In this document: one piece after another, positions 27,399 to 37,973 of the stretch
Layout: each line of letters starts with the position of its first letter
How positions within the stretch are numbered: position 1 is the stretch's first letter
DNA from: Limisphaerales bacterium
GTDB taxonomy: Bacteria; Verrucomicrobiota; Verrucomicrobiia; Limisphaerales; SIBE01
Assembly (NCBI GenBank): GCA_044225505.1
Contig: JBGAIN010000069.1
Coordinates: 1-39,348, forward strand
DNA length: 39,348 bases
Direction of reading: 5' to 3'
The notes under the pieces: model-generated
What the model saw: the letters and a program-made list of their open reading frames with translations, nothing else
What the model was told of the DNA's origin: nothing
The model's database searches: none
Program-made: the position numbers and the translations under genes

Positions 27399-28913
27399 TT
27401 AGCGCCCAAAAGCCCACAGATGCTTGCTACTCCGGACGTAGAGCCCTTCGCCAACGGGGGCGGGAGTCGCCGTGATCGGTTCTCCCAATTCAGACTGTCC
27501 CAACACTTTGAATTCGTCGCCAGCTTGGACCACCGTGACGGTCCCGCGGTCCGAGGCGAGGTAAATCTGGCCGTCAGCTGTGATGGGCGAGGCATAGTAA
27601 CCGCCGGGCGCCCCGATCCGTTCGTCGTAGATCTGTTTGCCAGTCGCCAGATCTCGGCAACAAAGCAGCCCTCCGCTGCGCACCAGGTAGATGCGATCTC
27701 GATAAACCAGGGGCGATGAGATTTCCGGGATGCCGCGCCGCTCCTCCCATTGCACGTGGGTTTTGGTCACATCGCCTTTTCCACCCAGCCGCACGAGGGT
27801 GAGATTGGGGCGATTGATATCACCGTCGCGAAAACCGCGCAGCATCTCTCGCATTTCCTCCCACTGTTTCTCGTTGAAGCCCTTGTCGCTTTGCTCGCGC
27901 ACGAACCACCCCATCATCTGTTTAAGGCCCATGTTGCCCTTTCCGTCGGAGGCGTGCCGATCCGTCAACAGGACGTCGTCGGGGATTTCAGACCGGACGA
28001 TGAGGCCATCGGCATTCTTGTCCCATAGCTTGCGGGCCTCATCGAACACCGGAGGGATCTGCATATTGGCTGGTTCTCCTTGGCGTCCCGCCATGCTCAG
28101 CAACACCCGGTCTCCCACGATCACAGGCGTGGCGCACGCTTCCTGTCCTAAGCCCCCCACCCACCAGAGCTGCTTTCCGTCCGCCAGATTGAACGCTAAG
28201 AAGCGGTTTTCGACCGCCAGACCGACGCAGGGACCGTTGGCATCCGTCCAAACCACCGGGGTTGACCATCCCATTTGCGGCGGGAGAACGGCCTTCCACG
28301 CCTCGGTCCCATCCGCGGCGCGCAACGCCAGCAGTTGCACCTCTTTCTCGAGCGTTACTTCGACAATGACCAAACCACCGGCGAAGATGGGCGACGCGTC
28401 CGAACCCTGGTCCCTGTAAGTATTTGGCAGGGGCATTGGCTTGCGCCACAATTCACGACCCTCAAGATCGTGCGCCACCAAGCCAAACGAGGGCAAATAG
28501 GAGACAACCCGTGTTCCATCGCTCGCGGGGGTGCATGGCACCGCGGAGTTGGCGCCGTGTCGCTTCTCCAAATGTTCCACTTTGATTTCCGCTTGCCACA
28601 GTTTGGCGCCCGTCTTGCGATCGAACGCACAGGTCATGAGGAGGTGATCCTCCGCCGCGTTGCAGAAGATCCGATCGCCCACCACGATGGGCGACGAGTG
28701 GCCCGCGGGCGCACCGACTCGCCAGAGCAGATTCGTGTTGGGGCCGAACTGGATTGGCGGCTTGGCCGACTCAGCGATACCTCCGCCCCCGGGACCGCGG
28801 AATTGCGGCCAATCGAGGCGTTCTCGAGGTGGATTGGCACCCAGAGTGAACCGAGGCTCAATCGCTAGAAGGCAAACGATCGCGACTGCCGCATAGACAT
28901 GGCGTAAATGCAT
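27399..28913 (-). CDS. Secreted PQQ-binding-like (BamB-type) beta-propeller repeat protein with an EF-hand-like insert
   Basis: Signal peptide; DWPQFRGPGG, GHSSPIVVGDRIF, repeated DxxTGKxxW blade motifs, YYASPI..DGQIY, ATPA...LYVRS..HLWAFG; DKNADGLIVRSE loop. Confidence 0.88.
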   Translation of the reverse strand: MHLRHVYAAVAIVCLLAIEPRFTLGANPPRERLDWPQFRGPGGGGIAESAKPPIQFGPNTNLLWRVGAPAGHSSPIVVGDRIFCNAAEDHLLMTCAFDRKTGAKLWQAEIKVEHLEKRHGANSAVPCTPASDGTRVVSYLPSFGLVAHDLEGRELWRKPMPLPNTYRDQGSDASPIFAGGLVIVEVTLEKEVQLLALRAADGTEAWKAVLPPQMGWSTPVVWTDANGPCVGLAVENRFLAFNLADGKQLWWVGGLGQEACATPVIVGDRVLLSMAGRQGEPANMQIPPVFDEARKLWDKNADGLIVRSEIPDDVLLTDRHASDGKGNMGLKQMMGWFVREQSDKGFNEKQWEEMREMLRGFRDGDINRPNLTLVRLGGKGDVTKTHVQWEERRGIPEISSPLVYRDRIYLVRSGGLLCCRDLATGKQIYDERIGAPGGYYASPITADGQIYLASDRGTVTVVQAGDEFKVLGQSELGEPITATPAPVGEGLYVRSSKHLWAFGR

Positions 28914-29078
28914 CGATCAATCCTTTCGGAATAGTGCTTTGGAACAACCCTGCCGCCTAAGGAACGGGCTAGGGTTACCATTCTTGGGAGCATCCGTCAA
29001 ATCGACGGGCTCGGAAGAGGGAAAGGGGTCGCGGTGCGGCCGAAATGTCTCACACTATGTCCTCAAATTGTTCTCAAA

Positions 29079-29419
29079 GTGTGCGACATTTCCGTGATTC
29101 GCCGGGTTGGGCGTTTCTGGCGGCTGGAACTGGGTTACCTGGCTTGAGCGCTGATTGGAAGGGTGTGGATGAGGTCAGAAGATGTTCGCGACCAAGAGGA
29201 AAGGTGCGGCCGGCGGGACCGTGTGAAGTCCGAGTAGGGATGGACCGGACCAACGCGGGTGGGATGCCGCATCAACCCCGGTGAAAAGCCGCTCTGCGAC
29301 CGGCCTTGCACCGGCCTTGGAGCGGCCTTGCACCGGCCTTGCCTCGAATGGTCCCGCTCCGAAAGTCGTCGTGCGTCCTTTTGCGCCGTCTGAACGGCTC
29401 GTAACGAAATGTCGCACAC
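29079..29419. mobile_element. MITE-like 341-bp element bounded by perfect 14-bp inverted repeats (GTGTGCGACATTTC ... GAAATGTCGCACAC)
   Basis: Inverted repeats at 29079-29092 and 29406-29419; a third copy with one mismatch at 29042-29055. No transposase and no obvious target-site duplication. Confidence 0.45.
29301..29344 (+). repeat. Four tandem 11-bp repeats CGGCCTTG(CAC/GAG/CAC/CCT)
   Basis: cggccttgcac cggccttggag cggccttgcac cggccttgcct, read directly. Confidence 0.85.
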
Positions 29420-29480
29420 CGTGGGAACGATCCGTTCCCAGCCAGGGCCGAGGTCTTCACAGCTTTACCAGAGCTTGGAC

Positions 29481-30182
29481 TCAGGACTCCGCAATCAATC
29501 GGTAGCCCACCCCCGGTTCCGTGATCAAGAGCCGGGGCTTGGACGGATCAACCTCCAGCTTCTCGCGCAAGTGTGCCACGTATACTCGCAGATAGTGGGT
29601 TTGTTCCCCGTAGGCAGGTCCCCAAACTTCCTTCAGAATCTGCCGATGAGTCAATACCTTGCCTGAGTGCTGCACGAGAAGGCGCAACAGGGAATACTCC
29701 GTGGCTGTTAATTTGACCTCTTTACCCTGGGCTTTCACGAGGCGAGAGGTCAAATCCACTTCCAACCCGCCCGATCGAAAGATGGGAGTTTCTGCGGCCG
29801 GGCTGGAATGACGTTGGGCCACGCGCAAACGGGCGAGCAGTTCGCCCGTGCTAAACGGTTTTGTGACGTAGTCGTCTGCGCCGTTGTCCAGGGCCGTGAT
29901 TTTGTCCTCCTCGCGGTCGCGCACGGAGAGAACGACGACGGGAACTCGGCTCCATTCCCGGAGACGTTTGAGGACCGTAACGCCATCCATATCGGGAAGT
30001 CCGAGGTCCAGCAGGACGACCTCGAGTGGGTGTTGGGCGGCCAGGGCGATCGCTTCCTGACCGGTGGCTGCTTCCAGGACGCGATACCCATTGCTTTCAA
30101 GGCAGACTCTGAGGAGTCGACGGATCTGGATTTCGTCGTCGACGACCAGCGCATTGGGTTTTGGGGCAGGGGATTCGCTCAT
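29481..30182 (-). CDS. kdpE: Two-component response regulator KdpE (OmpR family)
   Basis: LVVDDE, LLDLGLPDMDG, GADDYVTKPF, THYLRVYVAHLREKLE...TEPGVGYRL; overlaps the kdpD stop codon. Confidence 0.96.
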   Translation of the reverse strand: MSESPAPKPNALVVDDEIQIRRLLRVCLESNGYRVLEAATGQEAIALAAQHPLEVVLLDLGLPDMDGVTVLKRLREWSRVPVVVLSVRDREEDKITALDNGADDYVTKPFSTGELLARLRVAQRHSSPAAETPIFRSGGLEVDLTSRLVKAQGKEVKLTATEYSLLRLLVQHSGKVLTHRQILKEVWGPAYGEQTHYLRVYVAHLREKLEVDPSKPRLLITEPGVGYRLIAES

Positions 30183-32860
30183 GCGGTTGGCTCTACGGGC
30201 AGAGGGGGCGGCTTGGTCACGGGCAGAGAGACCACGAACGCCGTTCCACCGGATGGTTGAATTTGGGCTTTCACCCTACCGCCTTGAGCTTCGACGAAGC
30301 CTTTGACGATAGCCAGCCCCAAGCCCGTGCCACCGGTCGGGGCGGTGGGAGCACGATAGAATTTGTCGAAAACGAACGGAAGTGACTCGGGCGGTAGGCC
30401 AGGGCCATTGTCAGCGACCGTCACCTGCAGCGTTTCCTGCTTGGCGAGGGCACTCACTTTCACTCGCGTGCCCGGCGGTGTATGGATCGCGGCGTTCAAT
30501 AGTAAGTTCGTGAGCACTTGCTGCATCAAGACAAAGTCCACACGCACCAAAGGCAAGTCTTTGGCAATTTCAACGCTGACCTGATGCTGCCCGAGGTCCT
30601 TTTCGATTTCTTGCAGCGTCACTTGAACGAGATCGGCGATGTCGCACCACTCGAGCTTGGGCGTGACGTGCCCCGACTCCAATCGGGTCATGTTGAGCAG
30701 ATTGCTGACCAGCCGATTGAGCCGACGAGTAGCTTCTTGTATTTCATCGACCATGGTCCACGGCACGTCGGACAAGCCCGAGGGTCGTGCCGCGCTCAGG
30801 GTGCCGGCGGCACTGTTGATCACCGCCAGCGGTGTCCGAATCTCGTGGGAAATGGAATTCAGCAGAGTCTTGCTGAGTCTCTCGGATTCTTCGACAAGCC
30901 TGGCCCGCTGCTCGGCGTCCCGCAACCGCTGCCGGTCAATTACCAGCGCGATTTGGCGAATGAAAGCTTCGATCAGGTCGCGTTCATTTCCCGTCAATGG
31001 TGTTCCCGATGAAAAACGCAGGCTGAGAACGCCCACGGTGCGCTCGCCGGCTTGCAGCGGAAAGTGCGTGCCTTCAGCGGACGGAAGGGTATCAGTTCTC
31101 CGGCCCGCAGGCTGGCCATGCTGAAAGGCCCACAACGCCACGCTCAGTTCCTTGTCGCTCAGGCTCCAGGTGCTGGCGAAATACGGGGTGAGGGCAGCGC
31201 CTTCTCCATCGGGCATGGACAATGCGACTTCCGCTTCGGCAACTTTTCCCACCTCGCGAATGACCACGGCCAAAAGATCGGCGAAATCGGTTGCCTGGGC
31301 CAATTCCCGCGTCAGCAGATACATGGCTGTGGCGTGCTGTTCCCGCCGCCGTTCCGCGGCCTGCTGAGCGCGCAGGCGCGCGGTGAGGTGGCCCATGGCG
31401 ATGGCGACGGCGAAGTAGGTGAACAACAGCATCACGTCCGTCGAGCCACTGATTCGGAAAGTGAAGACGGGCGGAACGAAGAGAAAATCCCAAAGCAGCG
31501 CTGTGATGGTCGCACCGAAGAGCGTGGCGCCTCGAGAAACAAACAACGCCAGCACGACGACACTCAGAAGATAAACGAGCGCGAGCGACTGATACCCCAG
31601 CCACTTTTGGAGGAGCGCATTCAGGGCGGTGACCACTCCCACCGCTCCCAAAGTCAGGAGATACGCGCGGGCTGAAGCGGAACTGAACTGGGGAGCGGCT
31701 GGTCGGCGGAGGATCGGCGTATCGCCCTCAGCTCGCACAACGTGGATATCAATAGGGCCGCTTTCGCCAATGAGGCGGTTGAGGCGAGAGCTGCCGCGAA
31801 GAAAGCCGAAGCTATTTCCACCTGCAGGTTTGCCAACGACGACTTGAGTCGCGTTCTGCTCCCGCGCGACCCGCAGAATGCCTTGAACAACATCGGCATC
31901 GGTCGTGTGGATGACATCGGCTCCCAATTCGCGAGCCAGAGCGAGATGCTGGGTCAGGCGGGTCCGTTCATCCTCGTTCAACGGTTGAGGGAGCTCGACG
32001 TAAACGGCGAGCCACGGCGCTTGCAGCTCACCGGCCAGCCGCCTTGTCCAACGCACGAGAGCAGCGGAGGTCGGACTCGAGCTGACAGCCACCAGCAAAC
32101 GTTGGCCGGACTTCCACGGATCGCCAATCCCTTGCGCTTGCCGATACGCGAGCACATCCTGGCCCACGTGATCCGCCGCGAACCGAAGCGCGAGCTCTCG
32201 CAAGGCCGACAGGTTTCCCGGTCGAAAGAAATGTTCCTGGGCGGCGTGGGCAGACTCTGGGATATAAACTTTACCGGCCGCGAGCCGGGCGCGCAGTTCC
32301 TCCGGCGGCAAGTCCACCAACTCGAATTGCGCATCGTCCAGGACGGTATCAGGGACTGTCTCCCGAATCGTGACTCCGGTTATTTGACGGACCGCCTCGG
32401 CGCGGCTGTCGACATGCTGGACATTGAGTGTAGTGAAGACGTCAATGCCAGCATTCAGCAACTCGAGCACGTCCTGGTAGCGTTTGGGGTGACGAGACCC
32501 TGGCGCATTCGTATGGGCCAGTTCGTCAACCAAGGCCAGCGACGGATGCCTCGCCAAAACGCCGTCGAGGTCGAGCTCGCTTAAAGTGACTCCTCGATAC
32601 TGGACAGTGAGCCGCGGGACAGTGGGCAGGCCTTCAGCCAGGGCTCCCGTTTCCTTTCTCCCATGAGTTTCGATGTAACCGACGACGAGATGGCGGCCAG
32701 CCGCCTTCTCCCGGCGAGCGGCCTCAAGCATCGCATAGGTCTTCCCGACTCCAGGCGCCATGCCAAAGAAGACCTTCAAGACTCCGCGCTTCAGCTTGGC
32801 GTCTGCTCTCTGCATCGCCGCCAAGAGCGCATCTGGATTAGGTCGCGACTCGTCCGTCAC
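30179..32860 (-). CDS. kdpD: Sensor histidine kinase KdpD
   Basis: RPNPDALL, LKVFFGMAPGVGKTYAML, LVDELAHTN...KRYQDV, Usp domain, 4 TM helices, GAF, H-box SISHEIRTPL, GTGLGLAI. Confidence 0.97.
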   Translation of the reverse strand: MTDESRPNPDALLAAMQRADAKLKRGVLKVFFGMAPGVGKTYAMLEAARREKAAGRHLVVGYIETHGRKETGALAEGLPTVPRLTVQYRGVTLSELDLDGVLARHPSLALVDELAHTNAPGSRHPKRYQDVLELLNAGIDVFTTLNVQHVDSRAEAVRQITGVTIRETVPDTVLDDAQFELVDLPPEELRARLAAGKVYIPESAHAAQEHFFRPGNLSALRELALRFAADHVGQDVLAYRQAQGIGDPWKSGQRLLVAVSSSPTSAALVRWTRRLAGELQAPWLAVYVELPQPLNEDERTRLTQHLALARELGADVIHTTDADVVQGILRVAREQNATQVVVGKPAGGNSFGFLRGSSRLNRLIGESGPIDIHVVRAEGDTPILRRPAAPQFSSASARAYLLTLGAVGVVTALNALLQKWLGYQSLALVYLLSVVVLALFVSRGATLFGATITALLWDFLFVPPVFTFRISGSTDVMLLFTYFAVAIAMGHLTARLRAQQAAERRREQHATAMYLLTRELAQATDFADLLAVVIREVGKVAEAEVALSMPDGEGAALTPYFASTWSLSDKELSVALWAFQHGQPAGRRTDTLPSAEGTHFPLQAGERTVGVLSLRFSSGTPLTGNERDLIEAFIRQIALVIDRQRLRDAEQRARLVEESERLSKTLLNSISHEIRTPLAVINSAAGTLSAARPSGLSDVPWTMVDEIQEATRRLNRLVSNLLNMTRLESGHVTPKLEWCDIADLVQVTLQEIEKDLGQHQVSVEIAKDLPLVRVDFVLMQQVLTNLLLNAAIHTPPGTRVKVSALAKQETLQVTVADNGPGLPPESLPFVFDKFYRAPTAPTGGTGLGLAIVKGFVEAQGGRVKAQIQPSGGTAFVVSLPVTKPPPLPVEPTA

Positions 32861-32987
32861 AAGAAAACAGTAAGCCTTTTCCGCTCAAAAGACCCGCGTT
32901 TTTGCAGCCACGGCTCACGCCTGGCGTCGTTCCATTCCCGTCCCGAGATGGGTCCGGGAGGTTCCGAGCATCGGTGACGCGATTCCG

Positions 32988-33596
32988 TTAGCGGGGTTGG
33001 TTGGGAGAAAGCGCGGGGATCGCGTCCAGCGCGAGGTTCAATTCCAGAACGTTCACGGCAGGATTGCCAAAGACACCGAGATCCGGGTGGACCGTGTGCG
33101 TGGCGACGAGCCGCTGCACCTCTTGGATGGACAGCCCCCGTGCTTTGGCAACGCGCTCCACTTGCCCGTCCGCATTGGCCGGGCTGATGTGCGGATCCAA
33201 TCCGCTGCCTGACGACGTCACGGCATCGGCCGGGACGGGCGCGTTCGCCGCTAAGCCGTTTTGAGCGCGGTACTCAGCGATATTTTGAGCCAGGATGTCC
33301 CGGAGTTTCTGGGAGGTGGGACCGAGGTTGCTCCCGCTGGAGTTCGCCGCGTCGTATCCGGTTCCAGCGGCCGATGGACGAGAATGAAAATACTTCTCTG
33401 CGGTAAAGCGCTGTCCGAGCAACTGGGATCCGCGCACTTGACCGCTGGCATCGACGATCAGGCTGCCGTTGGCTTGGCCTCGGAACAAGGCCTGCCCGAC
33501 ACCGAAAACCACCAGCGGATACAGACCACAGCAAACCGCCGCCAACATGAGCGTGGCCAAAATGGCGCTGCGAACTTCGGAGAACATCGCGTTCAT
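32988..33596 (-). CDS. kdpC: K+-transporting ATPase subunit C
   Basis: GLYPLVV..GQALF..QANGSLI, YFHSRPSA, SSGSNLGPTS, VTSSGSGLDPHIS, VNVLELNLALD. ATG 33596 preferred. Confidence 0.96.
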   Translation of the reverse strand: MNAMFSEVRSAILATLMLAAVCCGLYPLVVFGVGQALFRGQANGSLIVDASGQVRGSQLLGQRFTAEKYFHSRPSAAGTGYDAANSSGSNLGPTSQKLRDILAQNIAEYRAQNGLAANAPVPADAVTSSGSGLDPHISPANADGQVERVAKARGLSIQEVQRLVATHTVHPDLGVFGNPAVNVLELNLALDAIPALSPNQPR

Positions 33597-33609
33597 ACAG
33601 AGAAGCTGG

Positions 33610-35718
33610 TTAAACAAGGTTGAGCGTTGTGATCAGGACATCGATTGCTTTGATGCCGAGAAAGGGGATAACGATCCCCCCGACGCCGTAGATGAGCAGA
33701 TTGCGTTGGAGAATCGCCAGGGCGCCCATGGGCTTGTAGGCCACGCCGCGCAACGCGAGCGGGATGAGCGCGACAAGGATCACGGCGTTAAAGATGATGG
33801 CACTGAGAATGGCGCTGGCCGGGCTCTGCAATTGCATCACATTGAGGGGCGCGATCGCTGGAAACTTTGCCATTAACATCGCTGGCACGATGGCGAAATA
33901 CTTGGCGATGTCATTGGCCATGCTAAAGGTCGTGAGAGAGCCGCGCGTGATCAGCATCTGTTTGCCGATCTCGACGATATCAATCAGTTTGGTCGGATTG
34001 CTGTCCAGATCGACCATATTGCCCGCTTCTCGCGCCGCTTGCGTGCCTGTGTTCATGGCCACGCCCACGTCCGCTTGGGCCAACGCGGGTGCGTCGTTGG
34101 TTCCATCCCCAGTCATGGCGACCAGGTGTCCGGCTGCCTGCTCATCACGAATGCGTTGGAGTTTGGCCTCGGGAGTCGCCTGCGCGATGAAGTCGTCGAC
34201 GCCAGCTTCAGCGGCAATGGCCGCAGCCGTTTGTGGGTTGTCCCCCGTGATCATCACCGTCCGGATACCCATCTTCCGAAGGTGCGCAAAGCGTTCCTTG
34301 ATTCCCCCTTTGACAACGTCTTTGAGTTGAATGACTCCCAGAACGTCGCGGCCGTCGGCGACCACGAGCGGAGTGCCGCCGGAACGGGATATGTCCTCCA
34401 CCACTTGGGTGACCGCGGGAGGGAACCAGCCCCCCTGACGTTCCACGTAGGAACGCATCGCCTCGGCCGCTCCTTTGCGAATGCTGCGTGTGATCCGGAC
34501 GGCCTGTACCGGCGCTACGGCGACGCCGCTGCTGGACCCGCTTGCCTGGAGTTCCCGGTTGGGAATCGAGCTGTGTTCTTGAAAATCCACGCCACTCATG
34601 CGCGTTTGGGCGGAAAACGGAATAAACTTCGCCTCGGGTGCAGTGATTTCGCGTGCCCTGAGATTGAACTGCTGTTTCGCCAGGACCACGATCGAGCGGC
34701 CCTCGGGAGTCTCATCCGCCAAAGACGCCAATTGCGCCGCGTCCCCCAAGCGTTCTTCCGTCACGCCTGGCGCTGCGACGAAAGCCGTGGCCATTCGGTT
34801 TCCTAAGGTTATCGTGCCGGTCTTGTCGAGCAAGAGCACGTCGACGTCGCCTGCCGCTTCGACCGCCCGGCCGCTGGTGGCCATGACGTTCCGGCGGATC
34901 AACCGATCGATGCCACTGATGCCAATGGCGCTCAGCAGACCGCCGATCGTGGTGGGGATCAGACATACCAAAAGCGCAATCAAAACGGGAACTGAGAAGA
35001 CTGCTCCGGAGTAGACGCCAAAGGGTTTTAAGGTCACGCAGACCAGGAGAAAGATGAACGTCAGCGCGGCCAGGAGGATCGTCAGGGCAATTTCATTGGG
35101 TGTCTTCTGCCGTCGTGCGCCCTCCACCATGGCGATCATCCGGTCGAGAAATGCCTGACCTTTCTCTTGGGTGACGCGAATGAGGATGCGGTCGCTGATC
35201 ACTCGGGTGCCGCCCGTGACCGCACTGCGATCACCACCGCTCTCACGAATGACTGGCGCTGATTCGCCTGTAATGGCCGATTCGTCGACACTGGCAATAC
35301 CCTCGATCACGTCGCCATCCGCCGGGATGATGTCTCCAGCTTCGCACACCACTTGATCACCTTTCCCCAATTGCGAAGCGGGGACCTTCTCTTCGCGCCC
35401 GTGGTGCAGGCGGCGAGCCAGGGTATCCTGCCGCGCCTTGCGCAGGCTTTCCGCCTGGGCCTTCCCGCGACCTTCGGCCACGGCTTCAGCGAAGTTGGCA
35501 AACAGGACAGTGAACCAGAGCCATACCGCCAGTTGCGTAACGAAGCCGCGGTCGGTCGGCGAGGTGACGATACTCGCGGTGGTCAGAAGGGCGCCGACCA
35601 TCGTCACGAACATCACCGGGTTCTTGATCATCAGTCGCGGGTCGAGCTTGCGAATGGCTCCGCGGATCGCGGGACCGAGGATCGCCCAATCAAACGTGGA
35701 AGAAGCTTTCTGCGTCAT
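33610..35718 (-). CDS. kdpB: K+-transporting ATPase subunit B (P-type ATPase)
   Basis: [68 protein letters not shown]. Confidence 0.98.
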   Translation of the reverse strand: MTQKASSTFDWAILGPAIRGAIRKLDPRLMIKNPVMFVTMVGALLTTASIVTSPTDRGFVTQLAVWLWFTVLFANFAEAVAEGRGKAQAESLRKARQDTLARRLHHGREEKVPASQLGKGDQVVCEAGDIIPADGDVIEGIASVDESAITGESAPVIRESGGDRSAVTGGTRVISDRILIRVTQEKGQAFLDRMIAMVEGARRQKTPNEIALTILLAALTFIFLLVCVTLKPFGVYSGAVFSVPVLIALLVCLIPTTIGGLLSAIGISGIDRLIRRNVMATSGRAVEAAGDVDVLLLDKTGTITLGNRMATAFVAAPGVTEERLGDAAQLASLADETPEGRSIVVLAKQQFNLRAREITAPEAKFIPFSAQTRMSGVDFQEHSSIPNRELQASGSSSGVAVAPVQAVRITRSIRKGAAEAMRSYVERQGGWFPPAVTQVVEDISRSGGTPLVVADGRDVLGVIQLKDVVKGGIKERFAHLRKMGIRTVMITGDNPQTAAAIAAEAGVDDFIAQATPEAKLQRIRDEQAAGHLVAMTGDGTNDAPALAQADVGVAMNTGTQAAREAGNMVDLDSNPTKLIDIVEIGKQMLITRGSLTTFSMANDIAKYFAIVPAMLMAKFPAIAPLNVMQLQSPASAILSAIIFNAVILVALIPLALRGVAYKPMGALAILQRNLLIYGVGGIVIPFLGIKAIDVLITTLNLV

Positions 35719-35732
35719 AAACAATCGTTTGC

Positions 35733-37649
35733 TCAGTAAAGTTTGCCCTGCGCGGTGAGGAAGTGTTCCACAATCGGGCCCAGCGTCAGTCCCGGCAGGA
35801 AGTTTAAAGCTCCAACCAGGAGGACGGTCCCGACGAGCAGCACTACAAACGTGCCGCCGGCCACGGGAAAAGTCCCGGCACTGGGTGGGGCGATTCTTTT
35901 GTTGGCGAGGGATCCCGCCATGGCAAGGATCGGAACGATCATCAAAAAACGTCCGATGAGCATGGCCAGCCCCAGCGTTGTGTTGTACCAGGGTGTGTTG
36001 GCGGTTAGTCCGGCAAAAGCGCTACCGTTGTTGCCGTTCGCAGAACTGAAGGCGTAGAGGATTTCGCTGAGTCCGTGGGGCCCGTTATTCGACAAACCAG
36101 CCAGTCCCCAGGGGCTGACCGAGGCCCAGGCCGCAAAGCCCAAGGTGGACACGGCCAACACCAACAGCGCGAGCATGGCCATCTTCACTTCGTAAGCCTG
36201 GATCTTCTTTCCCAGGTACTCTGGAGTGCGTCCGACCATAAGCCCGGCAATGAATACAGCCAGAACCACGAAGACCAGCATGCCATAGAGACCCGCGCCC
36301 ACGCCGCCAATGATGATTTCGCCAAGCTGAATATTGAATAGGGGAACAAATCCACCCAGCGCCGTAAATGAGTCGTGCATCGAGTTGACCGCACCGCAAG
36401 AGGCCGCCGTCGTGACCGTGGCGAAAAGCGCCGAATTGAAAATGCCAAACCGCACCTCTTTGCCTTCCATGTTGCCATCGGCTGCCGCCACGCCCAGGTG
36501 CTGATGAATAGGATTGCCCGCCGCTTCTGAGCACCAACACACCAAAACGCCAGCAACAAACAGAAGCATCATGGCCGCCCAGATCGACCAACCGTGCGCC
36601 TGATTCTTCACCATGCGGCCCAGGTAATAAGTGAGCCCGCTTCCAATGGCGAAGATGGAGAGCATCTGGATGAAGTTGGACAGAGGCGTCGGATTCTCAA
36701 ACGGGTGCGCCGCGTTCGCGTTCATGTAACCTCCGCCATTGGTCCCAAGCATCTTGATCGCGGCTTGCGATGCGACCGGTCCTTGCGCGATGAGTTGTTC
36801 ATCCACAACCTGGTCCACCATGACCGGCGTGTTGGTCATGATCGGCTGTCCTTTTTCGTCAAGCTTTGGCACATCCATCATCATCGCCACCCCTTGCGCC
36901 ATGACCGGTTGCCCTTCGGCGTCCAGCTTCGGGACCTGGACCATCACCGCCACGTTCGTCATGATCAGCTCTCCTTTGGCATCCTTCTGCGACACCTGAA
37001 TCGTGTACGGTTCGGTTAGCTTCGCCTTGGTGTAGGGTTTGAAGTTTTGAATCATTCCCTGGGAAACCAGGAACACGGCGTAAACGATGCAGACCGGGAG
37101 GAGCAAGTAGTAGGTCGTTCGGACCAGGTCCACCCAAAAGTTGCCCAGCGTCCGGGTCGATGGGCGGGCAATCCCCCGCACTAACGCAGCGGCAATCGCT
37201 ATCCCGGTCGCGGCGGAAGCGAAATTGTGGAGGACCAGCGCGACCATTTGCGACAGATACGACATCGTGGATTCGCCGCCATAGCTTTGCCAATTCGTGT
37301 TGGTGGTGAAGCTGACTGCCGTGTTGAACGCTAGGTGTGGGCTAAGCGCACCGAAGCCCTGCGGGTTGAGCGGAAGGAGGTGTTGCAGCCGCAGGATCGT
37401 GTAGGTGAAGAGACAGCTGACAACGCTGAACAGGAGCATGGCAAACGTGTATTGCCTCCAGTCATGTTCCCGCTCCACCCGGACTCCCATGAGTCGGTAA
37501 GTCCATCTTTCGAGCGGCCGGACAAGCGGATCAAGCCAGGTCTGGCCGTTGACATCGAGGACGCGGAGGAGGTACAGCCCCATTGGCTTGGTGACGAGCG
37601 TCACCGCTGCGACGAACAACCCCAGCTGAAACCAGTCTGTAGATCGCAT
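35733..37649 (-). CDS. kdpA: K+-transporting ATPase subunit A
   Basis: Filter motifs TNTNWQ, GTNGGG, SCGAVN and [20 protein letters not shown]. The start is ATG 37649 or 37655; the ORF-track extension to 37724 overlaps kdpF. Confidence 0.97.
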   Translation of the reverse strand: MRSTDWFQLGLFVAAVTLVTKPMGLYLLRVLDVNGQTWLDPLVRPLERWTYRLMGVRVEREHDWRQYTFAMLLFSVVSCLFTYTILRLQHLLPLNPQGFGALSPHLAFNTAVSFTTNTNWQSYGGESTMSYLSQMVALVLHNFASAATGIAIAAALVRGIARPSTRTLGNFWVDLVRTTYYLLLPVCIVYAVFLVSQGMIQNFKPYTKAKLTEPYTIQVSQKDAKGELIMTNVAVMVQVPKLDAEGQPVMAQGVAMMMDVPKLDEKGQPIMTNTPVMVDQVVDEQLIAQGPVASQAAIKMLGTNGGGYMNANAAHPFENPTPLSNFIQMLSIFAIGSGLTYYLGRMVKNQAHGWSIWAAMMLLFVAGVLVCWCSEAAGNPIHQHLGVAAADGNMEGKEVRFGIFNSALFATVTTAASCGAVNSMHDSFTALGGFVPLFNIQLGEIIIGGVGAGLYGMLVFVVLAVFIAGLMVGRTPEYLGKKIQAYEVKMAMLALLVLAVSTLGFAAWASVSPWGLAGLSNNGPHGLSEILYAFSSANGNNGSAFAGLTANTPWYNTTLGLAMLIGRFLMIVPILAMAGSLANKRIAPPSAGTFPVAGGTFVVLLVGTVLLVGALNFLPGLTLGPIVEHFLTAQGKLY

Positions 37650-37656
37650 AAACATC

Positions 37657-37740
37657 CTAGAATTTCTCGGGCCGAATGATGGCCGCGAGCAGGTAAACGA
37701 AGAGCAAGAGCGCAATGATCCCAACCATGAGGGTCTCCAT
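37657..37740 (-). CDS. kdpF: K+-transporting ATPase subunit F (METLMVGIIALLLFVYLLAAIIRPEKF)
   Basis: Manual translation; single TM helix ending YL..A..RPEKF; GAGG RBS; directly upstream of kdpA. Confidence 0.93.
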   Translation of the reverse strand: METLMVGIIALLLFVYLLAAIIRPEKF

Positions 37741-37751
37741 ATACATACCTC

Positions 37752-37832
37752 TTACATCCTCCCGCAGGCCTGCACGTAGGCGGCGCCAACGACAAAGAAG
37801 AGCAGGATCAAGCTGACATAAACCAGGTCCAT
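37752..37832 (-). CDS. 26-aa hydrophobic peptide upstream of kdpF (MDLVYVSLILLFFVVGAAYVQACGRM)
   Basis: Manual translation; single TM helix; 11-nt gap to kdpF; alternative in-frame ATGs at 37835 and 37844. Confidence 0.75.
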   Translation of the reverse strand: MDLVYVSLILLFFVVGAAYVQACGRM

Positions 37833-37916
37833 CATAATAATCATCTCAGTTCAAATCCGACGCGAGCACTCTCCCATCGATTTCGCGCCGCCGGTAATCA
37901 AAATGAATTTCTTTCC

Positions 37917-37933
37917 CGTTAAAAATTCGTTAA
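37917..37933 (-). promoter_or_regulatory. Putative KdpE box (TTAACG direct repeat, 11-bp period)
   Basis: The minus strand reads TTAACG-aattt-TTAACG in an AT-rich patch ~85 nt upstream of the kdp operon, matching OmpR-family tandem repeat geometry. Confidence 0.6.
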
Positions 37934-37973
37934 GGAGAAGTTCGTCGAGGAAGCGCGCATCCGAGGCGGCTAG

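Noticed and set aside
29301..29344. Possible CRISPR array
   Set aside because: The 11-bp units are contiguous, with no spacers and no cas genes.
37650..37724. ORF-track N-terminal extension of kdpA
   Set aside because: It overlaps kdpF in another frame; the real start is at 37649/37655.
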